Below, piece by piece: positions 1-12,475 of a stretch of DNA of 64,000 nt; position 1 is the stretch's first letter, and every line of letters starts with the position of its first letter. The position numbers and the translations under genes are program-made. Origin of the DNA: Dudresnaya verticillata. Its lineage: Eukaryota. The stretch covers positions 2,356,001-2,420,000 of the forward strand of contig OZ374562.1 in NCBI GenBank assembly GCA_977862235.1. Reading direction: 5' to 3'. Below the pieces are notes generated by a model. The model made no database searches and was not told the origin of the DNA. It saw only the letters and a list, made by a program, of their open reading frames with translations.

Positions 1-2830
1 TGAAAGCACTTTTCCGTATGAAAAAAGGTTCGTTGTCATCACAATGACCAAGCTCGCCAGCGGCGCCGCGAGTTGCGCAACTAGTATCTCGCTTGGTGCG
101 TTTCTCTCGCCACTACTAACCTATCATCAAGGAATGTCTTTTTACGATTTCATTATGTTCTCTTGGCGCGACTGATGCCGTGCATGCGGGATGTGAGATG
201 TTTGCTCCATGGCTCGGGGCCTGTGCATGCGACGTTGCACAAATCGCACTTAAATTGCGCACAGCCGAGCTCTGCGTCCGAGGGAAGCATTCGCAGGTCG
301 CGAAACGTTCGGAGCTGCCGCGCTAATCGCTTGCGAATGTATGCAGGGGCCCCGGGTGTAGCTTACCAACCATCTGAAGAGTGCCAAAAAGATTCTGCAG
401 CGTCAAAAAAGGTCTCCACATCTTCTATCACTGGCTCCTCCACGGTAGCCCCCTTGCCTTCCATTAAAACGTCTTCGTGCTTCTGCTCCCGCGCCCCAAC
501 AGCGAAGATCTCTCCTGTTTCTGCGGAAGCGCGGAAGCGCGAATCAATCTCTTCGTTCTTAAGAGACGGCTTGTCAACTTCAAGTACTACAGATGAAAAA
601 CCTGCTGAGCCTGATGCGATATCTATCGCCGCCTCGGACTTCGGCTTTTTTCCCGCGCGCGGTGCATCAGCGAAGCGGGAACGGCGAGACCTCGCTGTCC
701 TTCGAGCCCGTTGATCGAGCGCAGACGAAGCTTCGTGCAGCGCGCCTGCTGGCGCCGGCCGATTTCCCGGGGCATCAGCAAATCGAGACGGGCGCTTATT
801 CCTCCTTTCGCGTTGACAAACAAATCTAGCAGCTCCGTCTTTTACGTCCATGACGGGGGTCCCTCTACCCGCGGCAGCCCCCGGCTTATATTGGCGTTGC
901 TCAAAAGGATCAACAGGGTTGCCACAAACAGGAATGCTGTCTGCAGGGTTGCTGGCTTTTGAAGCCTGGGCATCGCCCTGGACTTATCGGATTTCTAGAA
1001 GATCAATGGTAGAACCGGCCGGCCTCCTGTGCCTGTACAGTTCCTGCATAAAGTTTAGTAAAATAGTACATCTGAATTAAACAGTTCCATGCTGGAATGG
1101 CATGACATGGGCCTACATGCATGCATATCTGCAGATACAGACCGGTCTATAGCCGCATGTGGGTAGCGCCACCGCCATGGTTGCAGAGAGGGATTGTAGC
1201 GACGGGGCCTCGTCATCACCGAGGTTGATGCTACGAAAGCGCGTGGCTTTAGAGAGGGGTCGAGATGCGACGGCAGCGGGCGCGGGCGGGCGGGGGGTGT
1301 GAGAGCTCGTTGGTGGTGTGGGTTGAAGTCGGGCGCGGCCGCGCCGCGGGGCGGCAGTGGGGCATTGTGGAGGTCTGAGGTGGAGCTAGTATCTATACAT
1401 ACTATAGTTTGGGTACGATAGTACCCGTCGAAGGGATGGAGCGCGTTTGTTGCGAGAGCAGCTTCTCGCGACGAGCTGCTTGAATAAAAGGCGGCGATCT
1501 GCACTTTCAAGTTTACACCGCGAGAAGACGCGGCAATCAGCAATCCCACACCCGCCCCCCGCTCGCCCAGAGCAGCTTCCCTCCTCGCCGCAATCCCGCC
1601 TGCACAATGCCACCCCGCTGCACACGTGCGGGAGCTCCCGCCTGCACAGTGCCGCTGCTGCAGCTCTCCTCAAAAGTCCTATCGCCGCCACCACCGCGCC
1701 TGCACTCCCACTTCGCCCCTCTCCTCACGCACCTGCGAACCGCCTGGCTACCCCCCTCCCTCTCCCCACGCTATCCTCGCGCTCCTTCCTGGCAAAAATA
1801 TACACCACGCAAGCCACCGCCATCCAGTTCCTGCCTTCCTGTACACCTACCCCTCGACCGCCCACCCCGAAACGCACCACATCAACTCGCGCCTGCTCAC
1901 GCCCACCTTCTCGTGCGCGCACGCCTCCACAACCTGCGGCGTGGGCCTAGGCCAGTGAGGTGACACCTCCGTCTGCCGCCACCTTATCCCAACCCAGCTC
2001 GATGCCTAGCGAGTCTCCTTTGCGCAGCTGCAGCTGCGCATGCGTGTGAAACAGTCCCGGTTCGCTTAAGCGAATTCGTCAACAATGTTGTTGGTATACG
2101 CCGCGCGCGGCGCCGCGGCGCCACGCACACCCCGCAAATGTCTTCCAGTATAGCGACGGCGGTTTTACAATCTTCCACCACGTCCTCGAGCGCTCCCTGA
2201 CCCGCCAAACTACCCTCACATCCGTCATCGTTACCGCCCTCCTCCTCCCCGCCATAACACCAACGCGTCCTGCTCCTCGCGAAACCGCCGCCACGCGTCA
2301 GCATTCCGTCCCGCCTCAAAACGCAGCACATCGTCGAGTTGGCTTGCGTGGAAATGCCGGCGAACAAATGCACCAGTACCAGCTCGCCGAGCTCTCGAAG
2401 AGCCTGCTTGTCATATGTCAGCCCCGCGCCGGTCTGCAGGGTCGACGAGGAAGCTAGCATTGTAGCCACAAGCATCGTGAACACGGCACGCGTGGTGTCG
2501 GCACCCCGCACATTCCTTGTGTTGCAGATCGATGCAGCTACTATCAAGTGCTGGGCTTTGACGCGTTCCGTGGCGACCTTGAGGGCAATTAAACGATTAC
2601 TGAATAAATGCTGTCCCACCTCCATCCGGTACCTATCTATAGGTACCGCAGCATTTTCGATTAGCGATAGCGGACGCAAGAATATAACAGTGAGATACGC
2701 AATAAAGAGTTAGTTGCTATAGCCGAGAACAATCGCCAACTTACCAACATTCATCAGTACGCAGCTGCAGAGGTTAGAAGCGCTTCGATTCATGCATTCC
2801 GTGCGGGGAAAAGTACAATTCCCAACTTGT

Positions 2831-3983
2831 CTAAGTCGCTACCACATCAGGTCGCTCCGGGTCCATATCCTTCACGATCTCCACCATTCGATCCCGCATT
2901 TTCGAAAGCGTCGTTCTTCTTGTCCTCACCCTGGTCCCCCTGGCGCGCGAGCCTTGCGCCTGAGAAGTTGCAACACTTTCGCGTAACTCCTGAATGTCCT
3001 CCTTCGCTTTAACGTACCAGTCCTCCGATTGAGAAATAACACGCAAAATTTCACTGTGGTTAGTAGATCGGCGGTTCGAACTGTGCTCGGCCTTTTCTTC
3101 GTCAATAACAAAATTATGCAACTTCATAGCGAGACAGATCACTCTGCAGTCCACGTCAACGGTAAACTCCAAATGTTGCAAGAGCCTCCACTTTTCCATG
3201 AGCATTCCAAACGCCTGTTCAACATGCATTCGTAACGATGAGTGCCAGAAGTTAAATGTATCTTGCCAAAATGAAGCCACGGCAGAGGAAAACGGAGTTA
3301 TGAGCCATTCTGTGCAAATGTAAGCCTCATCCCCTGCTATTCAAAATCCAAGTTGTAGAAGTCCAGACAACAACAACTGGCCAAGTTGCGAAACAGCGCT
3401 CGCTAAAGAGTCGTGTGTGCTCCCAACGCAAGTCGCGGAAAAAGAAATAAAACGATAGTTAGCATCCACAGCAGCCTGTACCGGTAGGCATAGTACGTCT
3501 TTCTGCACCAGTACGCCCCAGGACCCAAATTTTTCTCCGGCTTCCTAATTTTCACAGTTATCCCGTCCAGGGCACCAACATATCCTGTGAGCGGACTTGC
3601 AGGCTTTCGCGACATCGTAAATGCTTCCGAAGCCTCACACAGATCCTCATAGCTAGATGGAAACCCTTCAAGCGTAAACGCTTGTTTAAACTAATGCATG
3701 TCGCGTGAAAGACATCATAGACCGTTGATTTGTGAACCTGGAAAAGTGGCACCAAATCCAAGTAGCTTGAACCTGCTAGCATGTGCAGAGTGATCCCTAG
3801 CCGCATTGCAGGGCTAATAGTAGTCCTTCGAGACCTCCTTCCCATTTCGACACTTCGTTGCAGATCTTGTTGCACAAGAGAGAGTAGCTTGTAGAAACAT
3901 TTTCTCGACATGTGGTAGGCGCTTCGAAACATGTCATCATTGTAGAATGAAGAGATAGATTCGAAGGTGACGTTGGAACGCAA
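2831..3983 (-). pseudogene. PIF/Harbinger transposase (DDE_Tnp_4/HARBI1-like), disrupted
   Basis: Successive frames give FRSAYHMSRKCF...LGITLHMLAGSSYLDL, GYVGALDGITVKI, GF*IAGDEAY and FNFWHSSLRMHVEQAFGML...LAMKLHNF. There is an in-frame TGA at about 3341 and frameshifts at about 3660 and 3480. A Harbinger-like end TTCCGACAGGCCC|TAA lies at 4573-4588; the other end was not found. Confidence 0.85.
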
Positions 3984-5086
3984 AGCATGAGGAATGGTAA
4001 CGCGGCGCCTGTTTGTTCAGAATGATCGTGTTTCCTCCAAACGTTTGATGACGTTGACACAAATGGTCAGCACGCTGAGAGCGACGAACGTTCTTTGCAA
4101 CCGTTTGCGGCGTGCCCGCGAATAGAGCTTCAGCTGATCCAAAGTTGTCATCGAAGCAGAGCAGTAAAGATGTAAAGTTAGTGAAGGTCGCTGAAAACGT
4201 TGGTGGTACTCGCCGGTTGGGATGGATGCGGCAGGGACGCAGTCGCCGTCGCTTCCTGTAGCTGCGCATGGTGTGTGGCATGCAGAGTATGGGGTGTGGT
4301 CGATCCTGCAGAGATCCGAGAGGCCGGGAGGATTCTGGCTGGAGATACGCCGGAAGGGGGACACTATGCGGCAGAGGCATCGATTTCCGGTCTTGTTCCG
4401 GACCGTCTGCGGGGGGAGGTTGGGAAAGCTGCATGAAGAAAATCCAATCTGGAGCAGCATTATGGGAGGCTTTTCGAGACCAGCTCCATTACAGTAGAGC
4501 GGCGCCGTGGCTTGAGTCAGTTTCTTGAAGAACTCAATAAAGGGAGGGGTGTTATGGTGAAATCTTGTGTTGTTCCGACAGGCCCTAAGTACCCGATCTC
4601 GAATATATCTGTCCCTTTCATGTCCATCCTTCTCCTACCCACGGCAACTCCGAATAACTTTCTTCTTCATTATAATTCGCACTATCAACAGTATTGAGAA
4701 CTGTCTAGACACGCTGTACGGGCCAGTGCAATGCAGAGAACGCGGTATAGTGAAGTCTGCTTTGGAACATATGCGCCGCAAAGCACAGTTCTTCCTAGAC
4801 GTGGTTAACAGCGATCCGTGAGACGGAAAATATCACTGCTCCTCATTGCAAAGTCATGCGGTAAAGAGAATGGCCAAAGCCGTGACCGCCAGAACATGAT
4901 CGTACTTTGGGGCCCGAGCGTGGTCCCAAACCAACTATTGGGACGCATTTCTCTCTTACCCAGACCCCAAATCTTCTTCCTGGACAGAGCAGAAGCGATG
5001 TTCGAGGCAATATCGCAGACCGGGATATTCCGTCCATTCGTGATGGAACTAGTACCGATCAACGGGGCATAAGCCGGGTTGGTGAC

Positions 5087-5860
5087 TGTAGTAAAGACGT
5101 CGGGTCGATCCGACGTCTAATACTCGCAGGTCCGAAGCCGCGACACACACCCGTCGCTGGGTAGCTGTTGTGTGTGGTAGAGCGGTGTCGGCCGCGTGCG
5201 CCCCACAGGTGCGGATCGCCAGCATCTATGCTGGAGCGCACACGAGGCGTACCGTACGCGGGTATGCAGCGTCTGGATCCCAGCGTCCATGTCGAAGGGC
5301 GGCACGAAGCCGACGGAAAGGAAAAGGAAAGGGGAAAAGCCTAGGGAGGCAAGGGGGAAAGGGGAAACCGCCGGCCGGCGTAAGGCAAAGGGATCAAACC
5401 CGAAGAGGCTGGGGGCAAGTTTCAGCGCGAGCTGTTGCTTTCCCGGTTTACTGAGCCGTCGATGGCAGACGGCCTTAAATACCCTATGTTATGTATGCTA
5501 CGGCTACTCTATAGTAGGTGCGCCCCACAACACCATCGCGGGAGGTGTGCGAGCGCGCGGCCATACACGTGTCGACACGTCCGGGTAACGGCTACCCGTG
5601 GGCGCGCGCGGGGCGTAACGGGCAGCGGCCCTCTCAACGGCTCACTGCCGGAGATGGTCACTGGGGCGCGCCGTGTGCGGCACGGCACGCGGCCGCTGCC
5701 GGCAGCAATGAGGTCGACCGCTACTAAATCAACGAAAAAACTAAGGGCACGCTGCCCAACCACGACTCGCCAGCGGGCGTCATCGTGTGCACCATTACAG
5801 TGCGGGACTGCCAACATATCTTACAGCCGCTGCTGATAGTGTGCTGACAGCTATACTACA
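5087..5860 (-). mobile_element. Solo LTR, family B (close inverted copy of the 34324-35096 LTR)
   Basis: Ends are TGTAGT...ACTACA. It aligns end to end with the reverse complement of 34324-35096. No PBS or PPT is adjacent, and the flanks GTGAC/GATAG do not form a TSD. Confidence 0.85.
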
Positions 5861-5917
5861 GATAGCTACCTAGGTACCGGGCGTCCAAGGAATCGGCTCT
5901 GTCCCACCCGGAGAGTA

Positions 5918-6800
5918 TGTGGTACAAGGGGGGGTGAGCCCCTTTTTCGCTGAAAGCGGAGCAACAAATACGTCGACCGACGGAGAAACCGCCACCGGCG
6001 CTCACCACCGCCGTTGGCGCGCGAACACGTCATCGACGGCTCACTGGGGAGCGCGCAGGTTGCGCGCCGCGCGCCATGCGGGCAACGGTGATGGGCCGAT
6101 ATGGCGCCCCGGGGCACTGTAACACGGATCTAGATGGGATCCGGATCCGGTATCCAGATTGGCTATCTGGATCGCATGCGCTGTAATATACGCGCCTGTA
6201 AGGCTGCGAGTGTTCGCATTGCTGGCCCGGATCGGGATGGGGATCGGGATCGGACGAGTATTGGATTAGATCAAAGGCGCACGCGCTACAGTATGCGCGC
6301 GAGCACTGCTGTAGGGCGCATGCGTCCACGAGTGTGTGTAAGCGCCCACGCAGGGGGTTGCGCGGCAACCTGTCAGGCGCGCGGCTGCATGCGATGGGTG
6401 ATCTGTCAGGCGCGCCTGGGGACGACACGTGTCCCGAGTTCCCGCGCTACGCACCCGCACCGCCGCCGCCGCACCGCCGTGCTATACTTAGGTAAGCTGT
6501 CCCAGACGTAGCAGTAAACGCCCGGGCAAGCCGGCCTTGGTCCAGACTTCCCCGTTCCGCACGCGCGTACCCTTCGCTACCGCTGCCCACGGCCTAAGCG
6601 TCTACCTCCCGTGCTTCCACGTCCATTACCGTCGCAGACGTGCCTCCCTTTTGTTTTCCTTTGTTTCCCTTTCTTCCGCCCTGGGCGTTTACAGTCCGCC
6701 CCTGGCGTGTTCTACGCTCTACCACCTGCCGTCTCTAGACGTGCTACCCACCGGACTCCCGAACGGTCCGGAGGTTCCCGTCAACGACGTTTGCACCACA
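5918..6800 (+). mobile_element. Solo LTR, family A
   Basis: Ends are TGTGGTACAA...TTGCACCACA with a 5-bp TSD GAGTA (5913-5917 / 6801-6805). Similar to 20288-21157. Orientation was inferred from similarity to the LTR of the 39059-50835 element. Confidence 0.9.
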
Positions 6801-8065
6801 GAGTACAATGATTTCGTCTTCTTCCAGCTTGTTTGTTGCCTCAATTCAATCTTTTTGGCGCACGCGGAGGATTTATGTACGGTCTCATCCACCTCCATGC
6901 CGTTCAACATGAAAGTTTAATCCCCGAAATTACAAGTTTAGATGCTGCAATAGTTCTTATCATTTTTACCAATCTCCGTCTTCTTCTTCATCTCTTACCT
7001 TATGCAATCGCACGTGAGAGTGTTGCGGACCTCCGAGATTCGCAAATACTGGAGTTGAGAATCGGAGAAAAGTTATCAAAGTTTGTTTGCGGGCAGGGAC
7101 GAAGAAGGAAGTTCATGTCGCAATGAAAATTCTGATGGGAACCTACATTAAAGGAAATATTCTCGTTGGTGCTTCGGAGAATTGATCCTGTTCGCCTGCG
7201 CCACACAGCAGCCCGGGTCCGGCTCTTGGGAATGGCTCGGTCAGCTATGGTCCCAAGAACACACGTTGAGCAGAAATCTAACGTGAGCCGTGCTCAGGCC
7301 CCTGCTTCGTTAATTAACGGAGTGGGGATGTAAAACGTGAACGCGTTGGTGAGGTAGTTGAGGGTTGATTGATCATTCCGTGCTAATTGCTTCTCAAGCT
7401 TTACTCTCGCCGTGAAGCTACAAAATGGAGGTTGGAGCCATGAAACCGCCCCGAATCGGTTTGCCAATTTCGCATATCTTCCTCTGGAAAAATTAGATAT
7501 GAATTCACGCAAAGAAACTGCTTCCGTACACTGCACAGTATATGCTGAGAAACAATCCGGAGCTCCGGCCACGGGGACGCAAAAAAGTGCATATACAAAG
7601 TATCTAACACCCGAGTGCAGAGCATAGCGACTCTATTTGGATACGAACGCGTTGGTACATGTACATGGCTATATGATCGAGGTTTCTTCCCCTTGACGAG
7701 GTACACGACCTGCAGCCATGCCCAAGTAGTAATGAATTTGTTCTATAAGTATGGCTGCCCATGAGTTTATGTTTTCATCTTGTTACTTGACAGCATAATG
7801 CAGTTCGGTTCGCAGATGTGGAGCGAAGATGGGCTCTCGCTGCTGTCAATTGCGATGCCGTGCAACATGAAGCGGAACTACTCATTCGGATGATTGTTTT
7901 GAGATCACTGTGCTTATCTGGTCGCTTAGGGGCGCAAAAGTCTCTATCTGGTGGAACCAGTCCTGGCCCTTACAGCAGCGAACATGCATGTATCAGGGAC
8001 ACGTTTATTAACATTGGAGTCGATTAAGGTTGGAGTTGTTTCAGAGCGAACTACTGAGAGCAAGC

Positions 8066-8655
8066 TGTGGCATAGACGTCAGCTCGAACTGACGTCTGGC
8101 GCGGCTGGTCTTGTCGTCGCACCCAGACCCGTCGAGGGGTGGCAGCAGTAGGTGGTAGAGCGGTGGTGTCGGCCGCGCGCGCCTTCGACGGTCGCGGATC
8201 TACGGCGTCGAAGCCTGAGCACACACGGGGTGGACCATACGCGGGCAGCAGCGGCCGGATCCCTGGGGCGGCACGAAGCCGACGGTGGGGAAAAGGAAAA
8301 GAAAACCTAGGCGTCTAGGGAAAGAGGGAAGCCGTAGGGCGAAAGAATGGGGAAGAAACCCAGAGAAGAAAGGGGCAAACCTGGCCTAGGTTGGCTTGCC
8401 TTTGTTTACTCGAGCGCAGAGGGGCGACTATTAAATAGACTAAAGGGCCTCCGGCGGCACCAATCCGGGAGGTGCGCCGTCGCGACCCGATACGCGTCGA
8501 CGCGTCAGCGCAACGGTAACTGTGGGTAAGCCGGGGGCGCGCGTGGGCGAAACAGTCCACACGTACTCAACGGCTCGACGCCGGAGTGCGTGCGCACGGC
8601 GTGGGACAGCAGGGCGTTCGACCGCTGCTTACAGTAGTCGGTACTGCACACTACA
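8066..8655 (-). mobile_element. Solo LTR, family B-related
   Basis: Starts TGTGGCATAGACGTC and ends CACACTACA. CAAGC occurs at 8061-8065 and at 8654-8658, overlapping the terminal CA. Shares the terminal region with 5087-5860 and 10573-11371. Confidence 0.75.
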
Positions 8656-8984
8656 AGCGCACAGATTGCAATGCAAGCAGCAATGCGTTATTGGGTGTAA
8701 TTATCGTATACGTATGTCGGCATCACGGCTCTGAAGGTAACACGTAGGACAAACCAGAACATATCAACCAGGGCGTCTTTGCGGCGGAAACGATGACAGA
8801 AATATGACTAGTCGCGTGCTAATACCGTTAAGAGGGCAAGCACCTGTGCGTGCTTGAGAACTGCGGGCCAAGTGTTGTTCTTTATAACTGGCAGTCAGAA
8901 CGTTCTTCCCTCTCTCGACAGTGGTAACTTCTACAAAGAGGCAAGCACGATCAGCGGCTTAGAAGACCGTGCATATTACTCGCC

Positions 8985-9776
8985 ATGGCAGATAAGTCTG
9001 ACTTCCAAAGGATGCGTGGTGCATTAATCGGATTCAATTCCGAGGATTGCAAAGGAGATGCGCATTTGAAGACGATGCGTCAGCTTGGGCGCGTGGTGCG
9101 TGATGCAGATCTTGACGAGGGGCCTCCTGGGTTCAGAAGGCGAACCCCACTAGTCGGGTATTTCAGCTACTTTCAACTAACCAACTTTAGTTTCTATGAA
9201 AGTCTTTTTGACAAGGATAAACTTGCGGTCAAACTGTTTGAGTACTTGAACGTTGCGGGGGGCATACCGAGAATTAGAAAATACAGTTTTAGACTTTCTG
9301 CTAGCCTCCGATGCTCCTCGGAGACCCTTGAATCTCGCGAAACGGGTTTACGCAGTTCGAAAATGCGTTTTGGGTATTGCGGAGATATAATACAGCAGGC
9401 TCGCTATCAGTACTTCATCAACTTAGTGCAATGTGGTCCTGCCGAAGCAAAATTTATATCTGAATTGGCAGAAAAGCGAAGTGAATATATCGCATCTGCC
9501 ACGATGGGTGAATCACCCACATATCATATCTGCCATGACGGGCGAATCACCCATCACGGTAGATATGATATGCACATCTACAGCAGATGTACAGGAGACC
9601 CTGGAAGACAACCTGACCTATTATTAATATCATGTCCCGATGTCAAGCCTAGAAGGTGGTCAAGACCGTTGAAGCAGGTAGCGGCAACACCGCCCCGGCG
9701 AACTCCAAGTAGGTTTTGGATTCGGTTACTAAGAATTTATTATAAAGTCAAAAAATACAGTAGTGCTACTGGTTGA
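8985..9776 (+). CDS. ORF1 (gag-like) of the YR retrotransposon, probably decayed
   Basis: 263-aa ATG-initiated ORF between the left repeat and the RT remnant. Assigned from position; no recognisable motif. Confidence 0.45.
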   Translation: MADKSDFQRMRGALIGFNSEDCKGDAHLKTMRQLGRVVRDADLDEGPPGFRRRTPLVGYFSYFQLTNFSFYESLFDKDKLAVKLFEYLNVAGGIPRIRKYSFRLSASLRCSSETLESRETGLRSSKMRFGYCGDIIQQARYQYFINLVQCGPAEAKFISELAEKRSEYIASATMGESPTYHICHDGRITHHGRYDMHIYSRCTGDPGRQPDLLLISCPDVKPRRWSRPLKQVAATPPRRTPSRFWIRLLRIYYKVKKYSSATG

Positions 9777-9838
9777 CATAGACTAGTTCCATTAGTTTTA
9801 AGTTATCCGGAAACTTTCCTCGTGAGAACGGTGCCGCA

Positions 9839-12475
9839 TTGGAAACGCACAGCGGTGCGATCTGCGTCATGGTGCGGTATGTTTGGAGCCGGGCGCTTTG
9901 TGGAGATCTCAAGCACGTTTGGCATCTGGTAACCTCCATCTTTCCCTTTCTGGAAAGAAGAGGGTCATGTCGCCGGAGGCATTCAACACAGCACCGAGGA
10001 CAAAACCTTTGCCAGCGACACAATACAGAAGGGCTTCGAAGAGGGTCTTTTCGAGCCGGTTACACAGGATTGTGCCGACGGTCTGGTATGGGAGCATGGA
10101 TACCTTGTCAGCAATTCCTTTGTACACTGGACGGGCGCGGGGGACGAATACAAAGGGCGATGTATGAACACCTTCAAGCAACAGAGACTAACTTGGAAGA
10201 AATGATATGTGAGAATGAGAACTTTGCACGGCTCCACCGAATGCTTGGGCAGAGGGGAGCGACTGCTTACCATGGAGGTCAAGAGCGGATACCACAACTT
10301 CCGGTTACATCCCGGCATGCCCGACTGGCTTCTATTTCGAAATGGCGACTAGTTGTGCAAATGAATCGCGCTTACCTTTGGTCGGGGTGCAGTGTCTGGT
10401 GTTTTTGTCACATTATGTGGCTCTTTGCTCGCAAGCTCTGAGCCCTGGGCCATCGGGTCTTGTCGTAGATAGACGAATTTTCCGTAGCCTCTGGTCAGCA
10501 GATTGCAGGGCGTCTGGACAAGGAATGTCACCAACATTGCCAGAAGACAAGTCCAGAGGTCGACAATTTAATTGTGGCATAGCTGTAAGATCAGCCGTGC
10601 CACGCCTGCGCAGCTCTATGACCAGCTGCGCTACGTGTGCCACGCTGTGCGTACGCTGTCAGCCGGTGGCATCTAAGCCGCGCTCAGCCTCTAAGTAAGT
10701 GCGCTGTGGCGCCCACACGTACGAGTGTACGCGTGGGGCACTGACACTACCGTGTAGTTTATTCGTCTATTTTCTGCGTGCACACTATCGTCTATAGTAA
10801 GCGGCGGTCGAACGCCTTGCTGTTGCGCGTGCACTCCGGCACCGAGGCGTTGAGTGCACAGCGGACCGTTACGCCCACACATACCCTCCGGGTAGCCGTT
10901 GCCCGTACTTTTCGACACGTTTTGGGGGCACACCGGCGCAACTCCCGCGTTGGTGCCGCCGCGTCCTGTTGCGAGCCTATTTAACGACAATAGCCAGCCA
11001 TGACTAAGTAAAGACAGCAAGAAACCGACCTACGCTGGTGCTTGACCCTTTCTCTTCCAGTTCTTTTACTGTTTCCCTTGCACTGCGGCTTCCCTTTTCC
11101 CTGTCCGCCTAGGCTCTTCTCTTTCCTTTTACGACTATCGGCTTCGTGTTGTCCTATGAAGGGGACGCCGGGATCCGGCCGCTGCCGTACGCATACGGTA
11201 CGCCCCGTGCTCTCTGAGGCTTCGACGCCGTCAGATCCACGACCGTCGACGGCTCGCGGTCGACACCACCGCTCTATCACACCGCTACCACCACCGTGCA
11301 TCGACGGGTCTGGGTGCGCGACTTCGAACCAGAACGGCCACACGTCAGTTCGATTCGACGTCTATGCCACAATAATGCGGGGGCTAGATCTGAAGCGGCA
11401 CCCCAAGAAGAGAGCGTGGGGATCTGGTAGCACAGCGGTCGAAGTTCTCGGGATTCATATCGACACCGTGGCAATGTCGTTCACTTTGCCTCCCAGGAAG
11501 ATTCGGCAGATGCGCGAGGTCGCGAAAAGTATTTTTACATAGTCTTCGAGAAACCGCTGTTTGGTTTCATACGACAGGCGCGCCTTGTCCTCTGGCGTGA
11601 CTGGCTCGCTTATAGTACCTCACTCAATGGCCCAGTTTCACTCCAGAAGTGAAACTCGGGACCCGAGGGATGCATTGCGACCTTCACCCGGCAGCTTCCT
11701 CGTCAGAATCTCGGAAAACTTGTCTCAGTCGGGCCGGAATAAAAGATCTCCAGCACTGGCCGACTTTCTCTTCCTGTTCCAAGAGACAAATTCAGGACGC
11801 TCTGCCGCCTCATACAATGCGCAGAGACGCCTCCTATCTCGGATACGGCGGCACTTGGAGGAATAATCTGGAGCCAGGGGCTCCTGGTACAGGTTCAATA
11901 CAGGGCTTGTGGACAGGGAGAGTGGAACGCGAACATCAGCTTCCGAGATCTTCGAGAAGTGCGGCTCTTGTTCCTTGGTCGTTTCCCACAAATGGCGAGA
12001 GACTCAGAAGTTAGTAAGATAATCCTGTGGGAGGACAACGCGGCGGCTGCAGCAGCGATAAACAAGATGGCCAATGCGTCCCAAGCCATGATTTCCGAAG
12101 TGAAAAAGCTCCACACCATCCTGACCCGAGCATATTTCCATCTGCATGCGAGATGGATCCCTTCAGCAGTGAATCGGTTCGCCGGCAGCTTTTCGAGGAC
12201 GTGGAATATCTGCAAAGTTACTCTGACACAGAGGCTCCTCCAATTTCAATAGATCGCTGCAGCGTTCGACCTACGTCCTGTTCCCTTCCGATGCCCTCCA
12301 ATCGGCAACCAACCCATTGGTATCCGGAAACAAGTTATTGTGCAGCTTTCCGAAGACTGTAACGACGGCTCGGCATCTTTTTAATCTTCCGCCCGACCTT
12401 ATCCCACTAGTACTCAACGCGATCTACCTTTCCGATGCCAAAGGGCTTCTACTGGTACCCAGCGGCCCTCCGGCC
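9839..12475 (+). pseudogene. DIRS-type RT / RNase H / adenine-methyltransferase-like pol remnant
   Basis: RT motifs are MEVKSGYHNFRLHPGM, LGHRVLS*IDEF (decayed YIDD) and LKRHPKK...VEVLGIHIDT. RNase H motifs are DASYLGYGG and WEDNAAAAAAINK...WIPSAVNRFA. The NPP-like MTase segment is FNLPPDLIPLVL. Multiple stops and frameshifts. Confidence 0.8.
10573..11371 (+). mobile_element. Solo LTR, family B-related, inserted in the DIRS RT
   Basis: Perfect 10-bp terminal inverted repeats TGTGGCATAG...CTATGCCACA and TSD TTAAT/ATAAT (one mismatch). Removing it restores RT ...VDNLMRGLDLKRHPKK. Confidence 0.85.

Noticed and set aside
163..2713. ORFs at 363-851, 1447-1950 and 1984-2679 as host genes or as the Harbinger partner ORF
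   Set aside because: No recognisable motifs, and they are low-complexity or overlapping shadow ORFs. A call cannot be supported.
5170..6920. Recurrent small ORFs shared between 5.2-6.9 kb, 20.3-21.2 kb and 34.4-35.0 kb (also 39500-39973 / 50453-50839 and 36666 / 54617)
   Set aside because: They are translations of repeated LTR sequence, not conserved genes.
6806..8060. Possible remnant of a second YR element upstream of the left direct repeat
   Set aside because: Only a faint RLYLD-like trace was seen and no HxxR motif. Too decayed to call.
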